This document shows positions 9,893 through 18,752 of a stretch of DNA of 64,000 nt, piece after piece (position 1 is the stretch's first letter; the number at the start of each line of letters is the position of its first letter). A model generated the notes under the pieces. The model worked only from the letters and a program-made list of their open reading frames with translations, was not told where the DNA came from and ran no database searches. The position numbers were made by a program, and so were the translations under genes. The DNA comes from an uncultured Alphaproteobacteria bacterium (GTDB lineage Bacteria > Pseudomonadota > Alphaproteobacteria > Sphingomonadales > Sphingomonadaceae), in assembly GCA_963803585.1 (NCBI GenBank), contig CAWDNB010000003.1, positions 12,007-76,006 of the forward strand, given 5' to 3'.

Positions 9893-11532
9893 GCCACTTC
9901 ACCGGCCGGCACCTTCGCCGGACCGTCGGTATTGTCATCACCCTGCGCGACCAGCATACGTTGCAGCGCGTTCACCGCACGGTCCGGTTGTTCCACCGCG
10001 AGCTGCCGCGCAAGTGCCACCTGCACGTCCAGCCGGGCCGGTTCGCTGGATGCGGGCGCAGTCGCGCCGATCAGTTCACCGCCGTCGATCGGCCCGTCCA
10101 GCGCGGGTTTGTCGCCATCGTTTGCGGCCTTCCGGTCACCGCGCAGCATTGCCAGCAACGGGCGCACGCCCAGCAGCAGGATCAGCAGCAGCGCGACCAG
10201 CGCGCCGCCGTAACGCAGGGCCAGGGCGAACCAGCCCGTATCGTAGAAAGGCGGTTCTTCCACCGCGACCGCGTCGAACGTGCCGACCATGACGGTCACC
10301 CGGTCGCCGCGATCGGGCTGTGCGCCCACGGCGGCGGATATCAGCGCCTGCAGCTTCGCCTCGCTGGCGGGTGCGATTTTTTTCAACGTATCGCGGCTGA
10401 TCGCCACGGCGACGGACAGGCGGGCCAGATCGCCGGGGGTGGATGTGGTTACGGCGACTTCGCGGCCGACGGCATAATCGCGGCTGGCGCTGCTCTGGCT
10501 ATCGCTGACCTGTGCGCCTTGCCCGGCAATCGTGCCCTGCGGTGCGCCTTCCACCAGTTCGGCGGGTGGCGGGGGTGTGTTGGCCAATACGCCGGGCACG
10601 CCGCCCGCCTGGCCGGGATCGGTGCGGCTGGAACGTGTTTCGTTTTCGGTGCGAACGGCGCCATCCTTGTCGTAGCTTTCGCGCGCGGAAGTGCTTTCCT
10701 GCATATTGAGTTCGACCTGCACCTCGCTGGAAAAATTGCCTTCGCCCAGCAGCGGCACCAGCAATTGGGAAACCTGATCGCGCAGCTTGCTTTCGAACGC
10801 GGTCTGCAGGGCCAGACGGCCGGTGGCGTCATCGCCGTCGGCAGACAGCAGCGCACCGTTGTGATCCACCACGCGGACATCGCCGCTATCCATCCCCGGC
10901 ACCGATCCGGCCACCAGATTGACCACGGCATCGACCTGCGATCTGTCGAGACTGCGCCCACGGGCGAGGCGGACCATTACCGATGCGCTGGGCGCGGTGT
11001 TTTCGCGTACGAATACGCTGCGGGTGGGGACGGCAAGATGAACACGGACCGATTCGATCCCGTCGATTTCCGAAATGGTGCGCATCAATTCGCGTTCGCG
11101 CGCCAGTTTCAGCCGTTCGCCTTCCAGCGTGCGGCTGGCACCCAGCGGAATGGAACTGAGCATATCGTCCGATGTCTCGGGCGTAGCCAGCGAACCGTCG
11201 CTCGCCACCAGCATTCGGGCACGATACAGATCATCCTCCGCCACGGAAACGGCGCCGGTGTTATTATCGATGGCATAGTCGATGCTGCCGCTTTCCAGCG
11301 TGGTCACGACCTGGGCGCGTTCCGCGTCGGTAAGGCTGGAATACAGCATTCGCTGCGGCCCGCCGGCAAGCGCGAGATAGATTGCGCCCACCGTGGCAAG
11401 CGCCGCCATGCCGGCGATGGCGGGCAAGGCTTTGCGCAGGGCCGGCTGGGCCATGAAGCTGGACAGTTGCAGGCCCACCACGCCGCCCATCCCGGTTGCG
11501 GTGTTATCGGGCGTGGCGATCGCGTCGACCAT
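9889..11532 (-). CDS. fliF: flagellar MS-ring protein FliF
   Basis: 547 aa: YSSLTDAERAQVVTTLESGSIDYAIDNNTGAVSVAEDDLYRARMLVA, with a second TM near the C-terminus. Confidence 0.9.
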   Translation of the reverse strand: MVDAIATPDNTATGMGGVVGLQLSSFMAQPALRKALPAIAGMAALATVGAIYLALAGGPQRMLYSSLTDAERAQVVTTLESGSIDYAIDNNTGAVSVAEDDLYRARMLVASDGSLATPETSDDMLSSIPLGASRTLEGERLKLARERELMRTISEIDGIESVRVHLAVPTRSVFVRENTAPSASVMVRLARGRSLDRSQVDAVVNLVAGSVPGMDSGDVRVVDHNGALLSADGDDATGRLALQTAFESKLRDQVSQLLVPLLGEGNFSSEVQVELNMQESTSARESYDKDGAVRTENETRSSRTDPGQAGGVPGVLANTPPPPAELVEGAPQGTIAGQGAQVSDSQSSASRDYAVGREVAVTTSTPGDLARLSVAVAISRDTLKKIAPASEAKLQALISAAVGAQPDRGDRVTVMVGTFDAVAVEEPPFYDTGWFALALRYGGALVALLLILLLGVRPLLAMLRGDRKAANDGDKPALDGPIDGGELIGATAPASSEPARLDVQVALARQLAVEQPDRAVNALQRMLVAQGDDNTDGPAKVPAGEVA

Positions 11533-11535
11533 CTA

Positions 11536-11916
11536 TCACGCCCCCATCCGCATGATTTCCTGATAGGCGGTCAACAGCTTGTTGCGCACCTGCAGCGTGG
11601 CTTCGAACGCGACGCCGGATTCCTGCCGGGCCAGCATCACCTGCGCCACATCGGTCACTTCGCCGCGTTCATAAGCCGCCGCCATGTCCGACGATCGCTG
11701 CTGCGCGGCATTGACCGACTGCACCGCATTGGTCAGCGTTCCCGCAAAATCGGGCGTGTTTGCAGGGGCGGTGGGTGCGGCAAGCGCAGTGGGGGCAAGC
11801 GGTGCGGCGGCGCTATCGGCCTGCCGCAATTGCTGCAGGGCTTCGTTACGCTGCATGATCTCATGTTTGAGCGCGAGCACGTGCTGCACCCCGCCGGACG
11901 ATCCGACGCCGTTCAT
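11536..11916 (-). CDS. fliE: flagellar hook-basal body protein FliE
   Basis: From ATG 11916. C-terminal region VTDVAQVMLARQESGVAFEATLQVRNKLLTAYQEIMRM is typical FliE. Confidence 0.85.
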   Translation of the reverse strand: MNGVGSSGGVQHVLALKHEIMQRNEALQQLRQADSAAAPLAPTALAAPTAPANTPDFAGTLTNAVQSVNAAQQRSSDMAAAYERGEVTDVAQVMLARQESGVAFEATLQVRNKLLTAYQEIMRMGA

Positions 11917-11942
11917 GCCCCCGCCCCTGAAATGGCCGCCCG

Positions 11943-13250
11943 CTACGGCCCCAGATCGACCCCAGCGACAGCCAGTCCGGCATCGCGCATATCGGCAAGC
12001 CGGTAGCGCAAGGTGCGTTCGGAAATGCCCAGCCTGCGTGCCGTATCCCCGCGCCGCCCGCCGCATTCATCCAGCGTGCGCAGGATTGCACGGGCCTGCG
12101 ACCGGAATGCGACACCCGACAGGCTGGCATCTTCGTCAATCGAGGGGCCAAAGGACGTGGCTGTCGAGGCGGCTATTGCGGGATCAGCCAGATTTTCCGT
12201 CTGGTCCAGCGCGCGAACCGGCCGGTCGAAACTGATATGTGCCGTATCGATGGTTGCCGCATTGCCGGCCAGCAGCATGGCCCGGCGGATGACATTTTCC
12301 AGTTCCCGCACATTACCCGGCCAATTATGGGTTTCCAGCATGGCCAGCGCCCGGTCGCTCAACCAGCGCGCGCTTTCGCCGATCGCGCTGTGTTTCAGCA
12401 GCATGGCAAAGGCCAAGGGCGCGATATCGCCGGGTCTCGCACGCAGGGCCGGCATCCGCAGCGGAAACACGTTCAACCGGTAGTACAGATCTTCGCGAAA
12501 CCGTCCGGCAGCGATTTCAGCGGGCAATTCGCGATTGGTGCAGGCGACGATGCGCACATCCACCGCCACCGGCTGTGTCGCACCCAAGGGTACCACTTCC
12601 CCTTCCTGCAGGGCGCGCAGCAGTTTGGCCTGCAGGGCAAGCGGCATTTCCCCGATTTCATCCAGCAACAAGGTGCCGCCATCGGCTGCGCGGAAGAAAC
12701 CCTGCTGGGCCTCGCTCGCGCCGGTAAAGGCACCCTTGCGATGGCCGAACAGCAGCGCCTCCAGCATGGCTTCGGGCATGGCTGCACAGTTCACCGCGAC
12801 GAACGGGCCGGCACTGCGCGTGCTGGCATTGTGGAGAAACCGGGCGAGCACTTCCTTGCCCGTGCCGGTCGGCCCTTCGACCAGAACCGGAATGGTGCTT
12901 TGCGCAACCCGGCGGGCCAGCGTCAGCAGGGCGATTGTTTCCGTATCGCCCGCGATGGGCATTCCCGTGCCGGTCGATGCCGCCAGCAGGGCCGCCGCGG
13001 CGCTGTCCATGGATGCGGGATCGTATGCGAGCAGGCAGCTGTTTAGCCCGGTCATCGCGATACCAGGGCTGCCGCCGCAGCCAAGCTGCACCCGGCGGTC
13101 GCCCCGACGGTGCGGAACATCGCCATCGGCCGGATCGACAAGATGCAGGATATCGTCGCCGGAACGCCCGATCATCAGCGGAACCACCCGGTCGATCAGG
13201 CCCGCGTGTTTTTTTTGCGCCTGTTTTGCAATGTTTGCTTCGTTCATCAT
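11943..13250 (-). CDS. sigma-54-dependent transcriptional activator (FleQ/FlbD-type AAA+ enhancer-binding protein)
   Basis: Walker A GPTGTGKEVLARF, GAFTGA loop (RKGAFTGASE), EDLYYRLNVFPL, and a C-terminal HTH ARRLGISERTLRYRLA. The N-terminal 120 aa is only weakly receiver-like. The start (13250 or 13247) is uncertain. Confidence 0.85.
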   Translation of the reverse strand: MMNEANIAKQAQKKHAGLIDRVVPLMIGRSGDDILHLVDPADGDVPHRRGDRRVQLGCGGSPGIAMTGLNSCLLAYDPASMDSAAAALLAASTGTGMPIAGDTETIALLTLARRVAQSTIPVLVEGPTGTGKEVLARFLHNASTRSAGPFVAVNCAAMPEAMLEALLFGHRKGAFTGASEAQQGFFRAADGGTLLLDEIGEMPLALQAKLLRALQEGEVVPLGATQPVAVDVRIVACTNRELPAEIAAGRFREDLYYRLNVFPLRMPALRARPGDIAPLAFAMLLKHSAIGESARWLSDRALAMLETHNWPGNVRELENVIRRAMLLAGNAATIDTAHISFDRPVRALDQTENLADPAIAASTATSFGPSIDEDASLSGVAFRSQARAILRTLDECGGRRGDTARRLGISERTLRYRLADMRDAGLAVAGVDLGP

Positions 13251-13373
13251 GTGCCCCGGATTAACCATTTCATGTCCGGGGCTGTGCTGGGCCTCCAACG
13301 TCTAAGGCGCGGGTAATTTAACCCCTGGGGATAGTACCTATGCCAATATGGCCGACAACGGATCGGGGCCGGT

Positions 13374-13399
13374 TAAACATCCCGCATCCCTTCCGTTCT
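13374..13399 (+). promoter_or_regulatory. candidate FliA (sigma-28)-type promoter of fliC: TAAA-N15-CCGTTCT
   Basis: TAAA at 13374-13377, 15-nt spacer, CCGTTCT at 13393-13399, about 60 nt upstream of the fliC ATG. The identical arrangement occurs upstream of flgM and a near-identical one upstream of the second stator pair. Confidence 0.4.
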
Positions 13400-13459
13400 G
13401 TTGGGTGGCAGCCGCATCGTTCCAAACCGGGCTGCGGCATCACACCCAGGAGATTACAC

Positions 13460-14290
13460 ATGAGCGTTATCAACACCAATATCGGCGCGATGAAGGCATC
13501 GAACGCATCGGCCGCCGCCAATCGTATGCAGGGCCAGGCGATGGAACGTCTGTCCACCGGGCAGCGTATCAACGGGGCGAAAGACGATGCTGCCGGTCTG
13601 GCCATCGCCACTACCATGACAGCGCAATTGCGCGGTATGAACCAGGGCATCCGCAACGCGAATGACGGTATTGCCCTGGCCCAGACTGCCGAAGGTGCGC
13701 TGGATGAAGTTTCCAATATGCTGCAGCGGATCAGCGAACTGGCGACCCAATCCGCATCGGGCACATATCAGGACGCGACCGACCGAGTCTATATGCAGAA
13801 GGAAGTGGACGAACTGACGGCGCAGATCGATCAGGTCATCACCAACACGAAATTCAACGGCGTGTCGCTGTTCGATGGAACGACCGCTGCCGTCACCATT
13901 CAGGCCGGTGCCAACGGGGCCGATACGATCGATCTGGCCATGACCGATCTCACCACTACGCTGGCCGGTTCCGGCGGCGCGGCGTCATCCTACGACGTTT
14001 CGACCGCGGCAGCGGCCAACACGCTGCTGGGAACGCTGGAAACGGAACGCAACGCATTGTCCAATGCCCGGGCAACGCTGGGCGCGGGGCAGAACCGGCT
14101 GGAATCCGCGATCAACACGCTAACCAGCAATTCGACCAATCTGGCCGATGCGCGCAGCCGGATCATGGACACGGATTATTCGGCGGAAACGACCGCTTTG
14201 GCGAAGGCCCAGATCCTGAGCCAGGCGTCCACCGCCATGCTGGCCCAGGCGAACCAGAGCCAGCAGAACGTCCTGTCGCTGCTGCGGTAG
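13460..14290 (+). CDS. fliC: flagellin
   Basis: ATG 13460 with an AGGAG Shine-Dalgarno 7 nt upstream. MSVINTNIGAMKASNASAAANRMQGQAMERLSTGQRINGAKDDAAGLAIA..., C-terminus LAQANQSQQNVLSLLR. 276 aa. Confidence 0.95.
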   Translation: MSVINTNIGAMKASNASAAANRMQGQAMERLSTGQRINGAKDDAAGLAIATTMTAQLRGMNQGIRNANDGIALAQTAEGALDEVSNMLQRISELATQSASGTYQDATDRVYMQKEVDELTAQIDQVITNTKFNGVSLFDGTTAAVTIQAGANGADTIDLAMTDLTTTLAGSGGAASSYDVSTAAAANTLLGTLETERNALSNARATLGAGQNRLESAINTLTSNSTNLADARSRIMDTDYSAETTALAKAQILSQASTAMLAQANQSQQNVLSLLR

Positions 14291-14315
14291 GATCAGCGCT
14301 TGCTCCGGCAAAAAG

Positions 14316-14343
14316 AAAGCCCGGCGTTCACGCGTCGGGCTTT
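14316..14343. terminator. bidirectional rho-independent terminator between convergent fliC and the icd-like gene
   Basis: AAAGCCCGGCG-ttcacg-CGTCGGGCTTT: 11-bp stem with one G-U pair, flanked by AAAAAGAAA on one side and TTTC on the other. Confidence 0.7.
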
Positions 14344-14373
14344 CAATCTGTCTGCGGCGCACCAATGGGGTTT

Positions 14374-15873
14374 TTACTGCCCTTGCCCCATCGAAAAGCC
14401 GCGTTCGCCGTCGAACGTATACAGCAGTTCCGTCTTGATGAAATCCAGTCCCGACCGGTCGATCGCAGCCAGCAGTTCCAGCACCGCCGGTTTGGTCATT
14501 TTCGCATCCTGCGCCGCTTCGTAACGGCAGCGCCAGTGATCGGTGTGGAATGTTTCGGGCACGCCGCGCGGCCACACCATGACCCCGCGATTGGTAATCA
14601 TGGTCAGCGAAAGACCGGGCGTGTCGCCCTGCTGCAGCATCGCCGCGATCCGTTCGACCTGCTGCGTGGATTGCACGAACACATCTACCCCGACCAGTTC
14701 CTTATGCGCGGGTTTGCGCCGCACCGCTGTCGGCACCGCGAATTTGCGCCCGTCTTCAGGATAGGTGATGGCCGGCAGCGTGGCGGGCAGCTGACCCAGC
14801 CGCGCGATGACCGCATCGGCGAATTCCATCGTGCCGACCTGCCGGACCGAACGGTCCTGCGTGACGATATCGCCCGTATGTATGCCGTCCTCGATCGTTT
14901 TCAGCCAGGCATTGTGCAGCCGGCCGGCAACCGCTGCCTGACCGATATGAACCAGCATCATAACCCCGGCGAGGATCAGGCCGGATGGATTGGCCACCCC
15001 CTGCCCGGCAAGATCGGGTGCGGAGCCGTGGATCGCTTCGAACATGGCGCCATGTTCGCCGATATTGGCCGATGCCCCCAGGCCGACCGACCCGGTGATC
15101 TGCGCCGCGACATCGCTCAGGATATCGCCGTAAAGATTGGGCATCACGATGACATCGAACCGTTCCGGCGTGTCCGCCAGCCGCGCCGCGCCGATATCGA
15201 CGATCATGTGATCGGCCTCGATGTCCGGATATTCCACTGCGATTTCATCGAACACCTTGTGGAACAGGCCATCGGTGAATTTCATGATATTGTCTTTGGT
15301 GAAACAGGTGACTTTCCTGCGATCGTAAGCCTGCGCATGTTCGAAGGCATAGCGCACGATCTTTTCGCAGCCCGGCCGGCTCATCAGTTTCAGACACTGA
15401 TACACTTCGTCGGTCTGGCGATGTTCGATCCCGGCATAGAGATCTTCCTCGTTTTCGCGAACGATGGTCACATCCATGTCGGGGTGGCGTGTTTTCACGA
15501 ATGGCGCGAACGCCGTGCAGGGCCGGACATTGGCGAACAGCCCCAGCGATTTGCGGATGGTGACGTTGAGGCTTTTATACCCGCCGCCCTGCGGGGTGGA
15601 AATGGGCGCCTTGTAGAACACTTTGGTCCGGCGCAGACTGTCCCACGCATCTACGCCGATCCCGGAATTTTCGCCGGAAAGATACGCCTGTTCGCCGATA
15701 TCGACAGTCTCCACCGCGATATCGGCACCGGCAGCCAGCAGCACCTTGAGCGATGCCGCCATGATTTCCGGCCCGATCCCGTCGCCATAGGCCACCGTAA
15801 CGGGGACGGAATGCGTGGATGATGCCACTGGCGGCTGTTGAATTGCGGGTTGATCCTGATCGTTCTGCAACAT
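14374..15873 (-). CDS. isocitrate/isopropylmalate dehydrogenase-family enzyme (isocitrate dehydrogenase-like) with a C-terminal extension of about 130 aa
   Basis: From ATG 15873: VTVAYGDGIGPEIM..., MPNLYGDILSDVAAQITGSVGLGASANIG, FEAIHGSAPDLAGQGVANPSG. The extra C-terminal domain ends GERGFSMGQGQ. Confidence 0.75.
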   Translation of the reverse strand: MLQNDQDQPAIQQPPVASSTHSVPVTVAYGDGIGPEIMAASLKVLLAAGADIAVETVDIGEQAYLSGENSGIGVDAWDSLRRTKVFYKAPISTPQGGGYKSLNVTIRKSLGLFANVRPCTAFAPFVKTRHPDMDVTIVRENEEDLYAGIEHRQTDEVYQCLKLMSRPGCEKIVRYAFEHAQAYDRRKVTCFTKDNIMKFTDGLFHKVFDEIAVEYPDIEADHMIVDIGAARLADTPERFDVIVMPNLYGDILSDVAAQITGSVGLGASANIGEHGAMFEAIHGSAPDLAGQGVANPSGLILAGVMMLVHIGQAAVAGRLHNAWLKTIEDGIHTGDIVTQDRSVRQVGTMEFADAVIARLGQLPATLPAITYPEDGRKFAVPTAVRRKPAHKELVGVDVFVQSTQQVERIAAMLQQGDTPGLSLTMITNRGVMVWPRGVPETFHTDHWRCRYEAAQDAKMTKPAVLELLAAIDRSGLDFIKTELLYTFDGERGFSMGQGQ

Positions 15874-15970
15874 TGATGAAGTTCCTTGTTGAATGCCTGT
15901 GTTGTGGCTGTAGACAGATTTTTGATATTGCGATAATTGATAATAATTGTTTCTGATATTGGGGATTGCA

Positions 15971-16913
15971 ATGATTAACGATCCTGGCGATGCAGCGGCG
16001 GCAATCGATACGAATTTGCTGCGAACCTTTGTCACGATCGTGGATTGCGGCAGTTTTTCGGGCGCGGCAAAACGGTTGCTGCGCGGCCAGTCGGCGGTGT
16101 CCCTGCAGATGAAACGGCTGGAAAACCGGCTCGGCGTGCCGCTTATCGAACGCACCTCTCAAAGTGGGGGCCAGCGGAGGGTCAAAGGGGGGCCAAGGCG
16201 GGGGCCAAAGCGGAGGCCAACGCATGATCCCCACGCCCGAAGGCGAGCTGATCCTCAGCCATGCCCGCCGCATATTGCAACTGAATACCGAATTGATCGG
16301 CCGCATTGCCGAACCCGAATTGTCCGGACTGGTGCGGATCGGTGCGCCGGAAGATTTCGCGACGACCCATCTGCAGGGCGTGCTGGCAAAATTCACTCAT
16401 AGCCATCCCCGGATTGCCCTGGAAATGACCTGCGAATTGACGATGCAATTGCTCGACAGGTTTGCCGCCGGGGGTTTGGACCTTGCCCTGGTCAAACGCG
16501 AACCGGCTGCGGAGGCGGCGGGGCGGCTGGTCTGGCGCGAAACGCTGGTATGGGTTGCAAGCCGGGATATCGATTGGACTGAGGACCGCGTAAGTCTGGT
16601 CGTGTCGCCGGCGCCCTGCGTCTATCGCAAACGGGCCACCGATGCGCTGGACACGGCGCGGATCGATTGGCGGATCGCCTATACGTGCGGCGCCCTGTCG
16701 GGCAGTCTTGCCGCCGTGCGCGCGGGAATGGGGATCACGGTTCTGCCCAAGGATATGGTCCCGCCCGACCTGATCGTCCTGGATCCTGCCGGCGACCGGC
16801 TGCCCATGCTGGAAGATACCGAAATCATATTGCTGGAAGCAGCGCATATCGGGGCACCGGCGGCGCGCCTGCGCGATGTGATCGAACACGCCCTGCATCG
16901 CGGCACGGGATAG
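15971..16913 (+). CDS. LysR-family transcriptional regulator, frame-broken by a 58-nt G-rich insertion
   Basis: The HTH (LLRTFVTIVDCGSFSGAAKRLLRGQSAVSLQMKRLENRLGVPLIERTSQ) is in the frame of ORF 15947..16402. The remainder (RMIPTPEGELILSHARRILQL... substrate-binding domain) is in ORF 16164..16913. Confidence 0.8.
16163..16220 (+). repeat. 58-nt G-rich degenerate tandem repeat (GGCCAARGCGGRGG-like units) inserted in the LysR gene
   Basis: agtGGGGGccagcGGaGGGtcaaaGGGGGGccaaGGcGGGGGccaaagcGGaGGccaa lies exactly between the ERTSQ and RMIPT codons. 58 is not a multiple of 3. It contains at least 4 G-runs. Confidence 0.8.
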
Positions 16914-16943
16914 CTGCGTGCTGCCTGCAACCGGCCCATATCG

Positions 16944-17849
16944 TCACTGTACCACCAGCACGGAAATGCGGCGATTGCGCGGATCGGTGGGATCAGCCGT
17001 CACCAATAATTCGCGGTCGGCGACCCCTTCGATGCGGGTGAAGCGCGCTTCGCCCAGTCCGTGACGCAGCAATTCCTGGCGGGTTGCCTCGGCCCGTCCG
17101 GTGGATAGCGACCAATTGTTGATCCGCGTCCCCGGTTTCCACGGGGTTGCATCGGTATGCCCCCGCACGATCAAGTCCCCCCCGCTCTGCGCCAGCGTAT
17201 CGGCGATCACGCCCAGCAATTCGCGTGCTTCGGGCACCAGCACGGTGGTACCGAGCGCGAACATCGAAAAATCGGCATCGTCGACCAGATCGATGCGGAT
17301 GCCGTCGGGCGTGCGCATCACGCGAACCTGTTTGATCAGGCGTTTCAGACTTTCGCTGGCTGCCAGACCTTTCTGGATGCGTTCGCGGATCAGGCGGCGC
17401 TTGGCCTCTGCGCTTTCCGCGCTGGATGCGTCTTTCTCCGGTCCGCCGGCGGCGGCGCGGGGAATGGTTATCGCGTCGTTGCCCGTTTGCCCGGCACGAT
17501 TGGGATAGCTGTCCACTTCCGTAATCGAACTGCCGCCCAGCATTCCGTCCGCCCCGGCGGTTTCCTGTTTCATCTTGACCAGGGTGGGGGTGAAATGATC
17601 GGCCAGCCCCTTGCGCTGATCCTCCGTCGTTGCGCCAAGCAGCCACAGCAGCAGGAAAAACGCCATCATCGCGGTTACGAAATCGGCATAGGCCACTTTC
17701 CATGCGCCACCATGATGGCCGCCATCGCCCGTAATCGTGATCTTCTTCACGATGATCGGGGCGGGCGGGATGGGGGCCAGTTGCATCGGGGTGGGCGGGA
17801 CCGAATGCGGTATATGGGGCGCGGCATGCAATCGCCGCCGCGCCGCCAT
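16944..17849 (-). CDS. motB: flagellar stator protein MotB
   Basis: GGAWKVAYADFVTAMMAFFLLLWLLG TM, and an OmpA-like C-terminus (VRGHTDATPW...NNWSLSTGRAEATRQELL). The start is ambiguous: 17849, 17786 (MQLAPIPPAPIIVKK), or 17877 in another frame. Confidence 0.85.
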   Translation of the reverse strand: MAARRRLHAAPHIPHSVPPTPMQLAPIPPAPIIVKKITITGDGGHHGGAWKVAYADFVTAMMAFFLLLWLLGATTEDQRKGLADHFTPTLVKMKQETAGADGMLGGSSITEVDSYPNRAGQTGNDAITIPRAAAGGPEKDASSAESAEAKRRLIRERIQKGLAASESLKRLIKQVRVMRTPDGIRIDLVDDADFSMFALGTTVLVPEARELLGVIADTLAQSGGDLIVRGHTDATPWKPGTRINNWSLSTGRAEATRQELLRHGLGEARFTRIEGVADRELLVTADPTDPRNRRISVLVVQ

Positions 17850-17873
17850 CGATGTCGATCGGGGTTTCGCTGG

Positions 17874-18737
17874 TCATTTGCCGCGCATCATGTCCATCAG
17901 TTCGGTCAGCTTGGGCCGGTGGGCCGCAGGCAGTCCCGATCGCGCAGCTTCCAGTACCAGCGGGTGCGGATAGCCGTGAAGCGATGCGATCACGACCTGC
18001 TTGATCGAATGGAATATCTGCGCATCGTGCGTGTTCACCTGTTTCAGCCGGCCCGCCATCGGCCCGACGAAACCATAGGCCAGCAACACGCCCAGAAACG
18101 TGCCGACCAGCGCCGCACCGATCATCTTGCCCAACACGGCGGGCGGCTGGTCGATCGAACCCATGGTCTTGATAACGCCCAGGACCGCTGCCACGATGCC
18201 CAGAGCGGGCAGCCCGTCGCTCAGCGTTTGCAGGGCGTGGGCGGGTTCTTCCAGTTCATGCAACCGGCCCTTGATCGCATTGTCCATCACATCTTCCACC
18301 GCGTGGGTTTCCAGACTGCCGCTGGACACCACCAGCAAGGTCAAGGCATCGCAGAGCAGACCGGTCACCGCGGGGTCGGCCTGGAGGCGGGGATATTCGG
18401 CAAAAATGGCGGAATCTTCCGGCTGTGTCACATGGGTTTCCAGCGCCACGACCCCATCGGCGCGCATGATCTTCATCAGTTTGCTGGCCAGCGCGATGGC
18501 ATCGATATGATCGTCATGCGAATATTTCGGCCCTTTGAAAACCTTGGCCAGCCCGCCGCCCAGCGCCTTGAGCTCGTGCATCGAATTGCCGATCACCAGC
18601 GCGCCGATGGCGGCGCCGCCGATGATCATCATTTCCAGCGGCAGCGCGGCCAATACCGGCCCGAGCGATCCGCCCGCCAGCACGAAGCCGCCAAAGACCA
18701 TGACCAGCAGGACGACGATGCCGATGATTGCAAACAT
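17874..18737 (-). CDS. motA: flagellar stator protein MotA
   Basis: 287 aa with four TM segments: LPALGIVAAVLGVIKTMGSI...ALVGTFLGVLLAYGFVGPMA. Confidence 0.9.
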   Translation of the reverse strand: MFAIIGIVVLLVMVFGGFVLAGGSLGPVLAALPLEMMIIGGAAIGALVIGNSMHELKALGGGLAKVFKGPKYSHDDHIDAIALASKLMKIMRADGVVALETHVTQPEDSAIFAEYPRLQADPAVTGLLCDALTLLVVSSGSLETHAVEDVMDNAIKGRLHELEEPAHALQTLSDGLPALGIVAAVLGVIKTMGSIDQPPAVLGKMIGAALVGTFLGVLLAYGFVGPMAGRLKQVNTHDAQIFHSIKQVVIASLHGYPHPLVLEAARSGLPAAHRPKLTELMDMMRGK

Positions 18738-18752
18738 ATCGTGCGTTCCCGT

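Noticed and set aside
13351-13358. GCCGACAA resembling the enteric sigma-28 -10 element (GCCGATAA) upstream of fliC.
   Set aside because: There is no TAAA-like -35 element at the required 15-nt spacing (ATAGT only). It is not shared with flgM or the stator-pair upstream regions.
13406-13420. TGGCAG-N5-TCGT upstream of fliC as a sigma-54 promoter.
   Set aside because: The -12 element lacks the invariant GC (TCGT instead of TTGC). The position overlaps the expected transcript from the better-supported TAAA-N15-CCGTTCT motif.
17786-17877. Alternative MotB N-terminus MTSETPIDIDGGAAA (ATG 17877, ATGA overlap with the motA stop), which would imply another frame shift.
   Set aside because: This is possible, but the in-frame starts at 17849 or 17786 give a normal MotB N-terminus (PIIVKK...HHGGAWKVAYADF). 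The evidence is insufficient to call a frame break.
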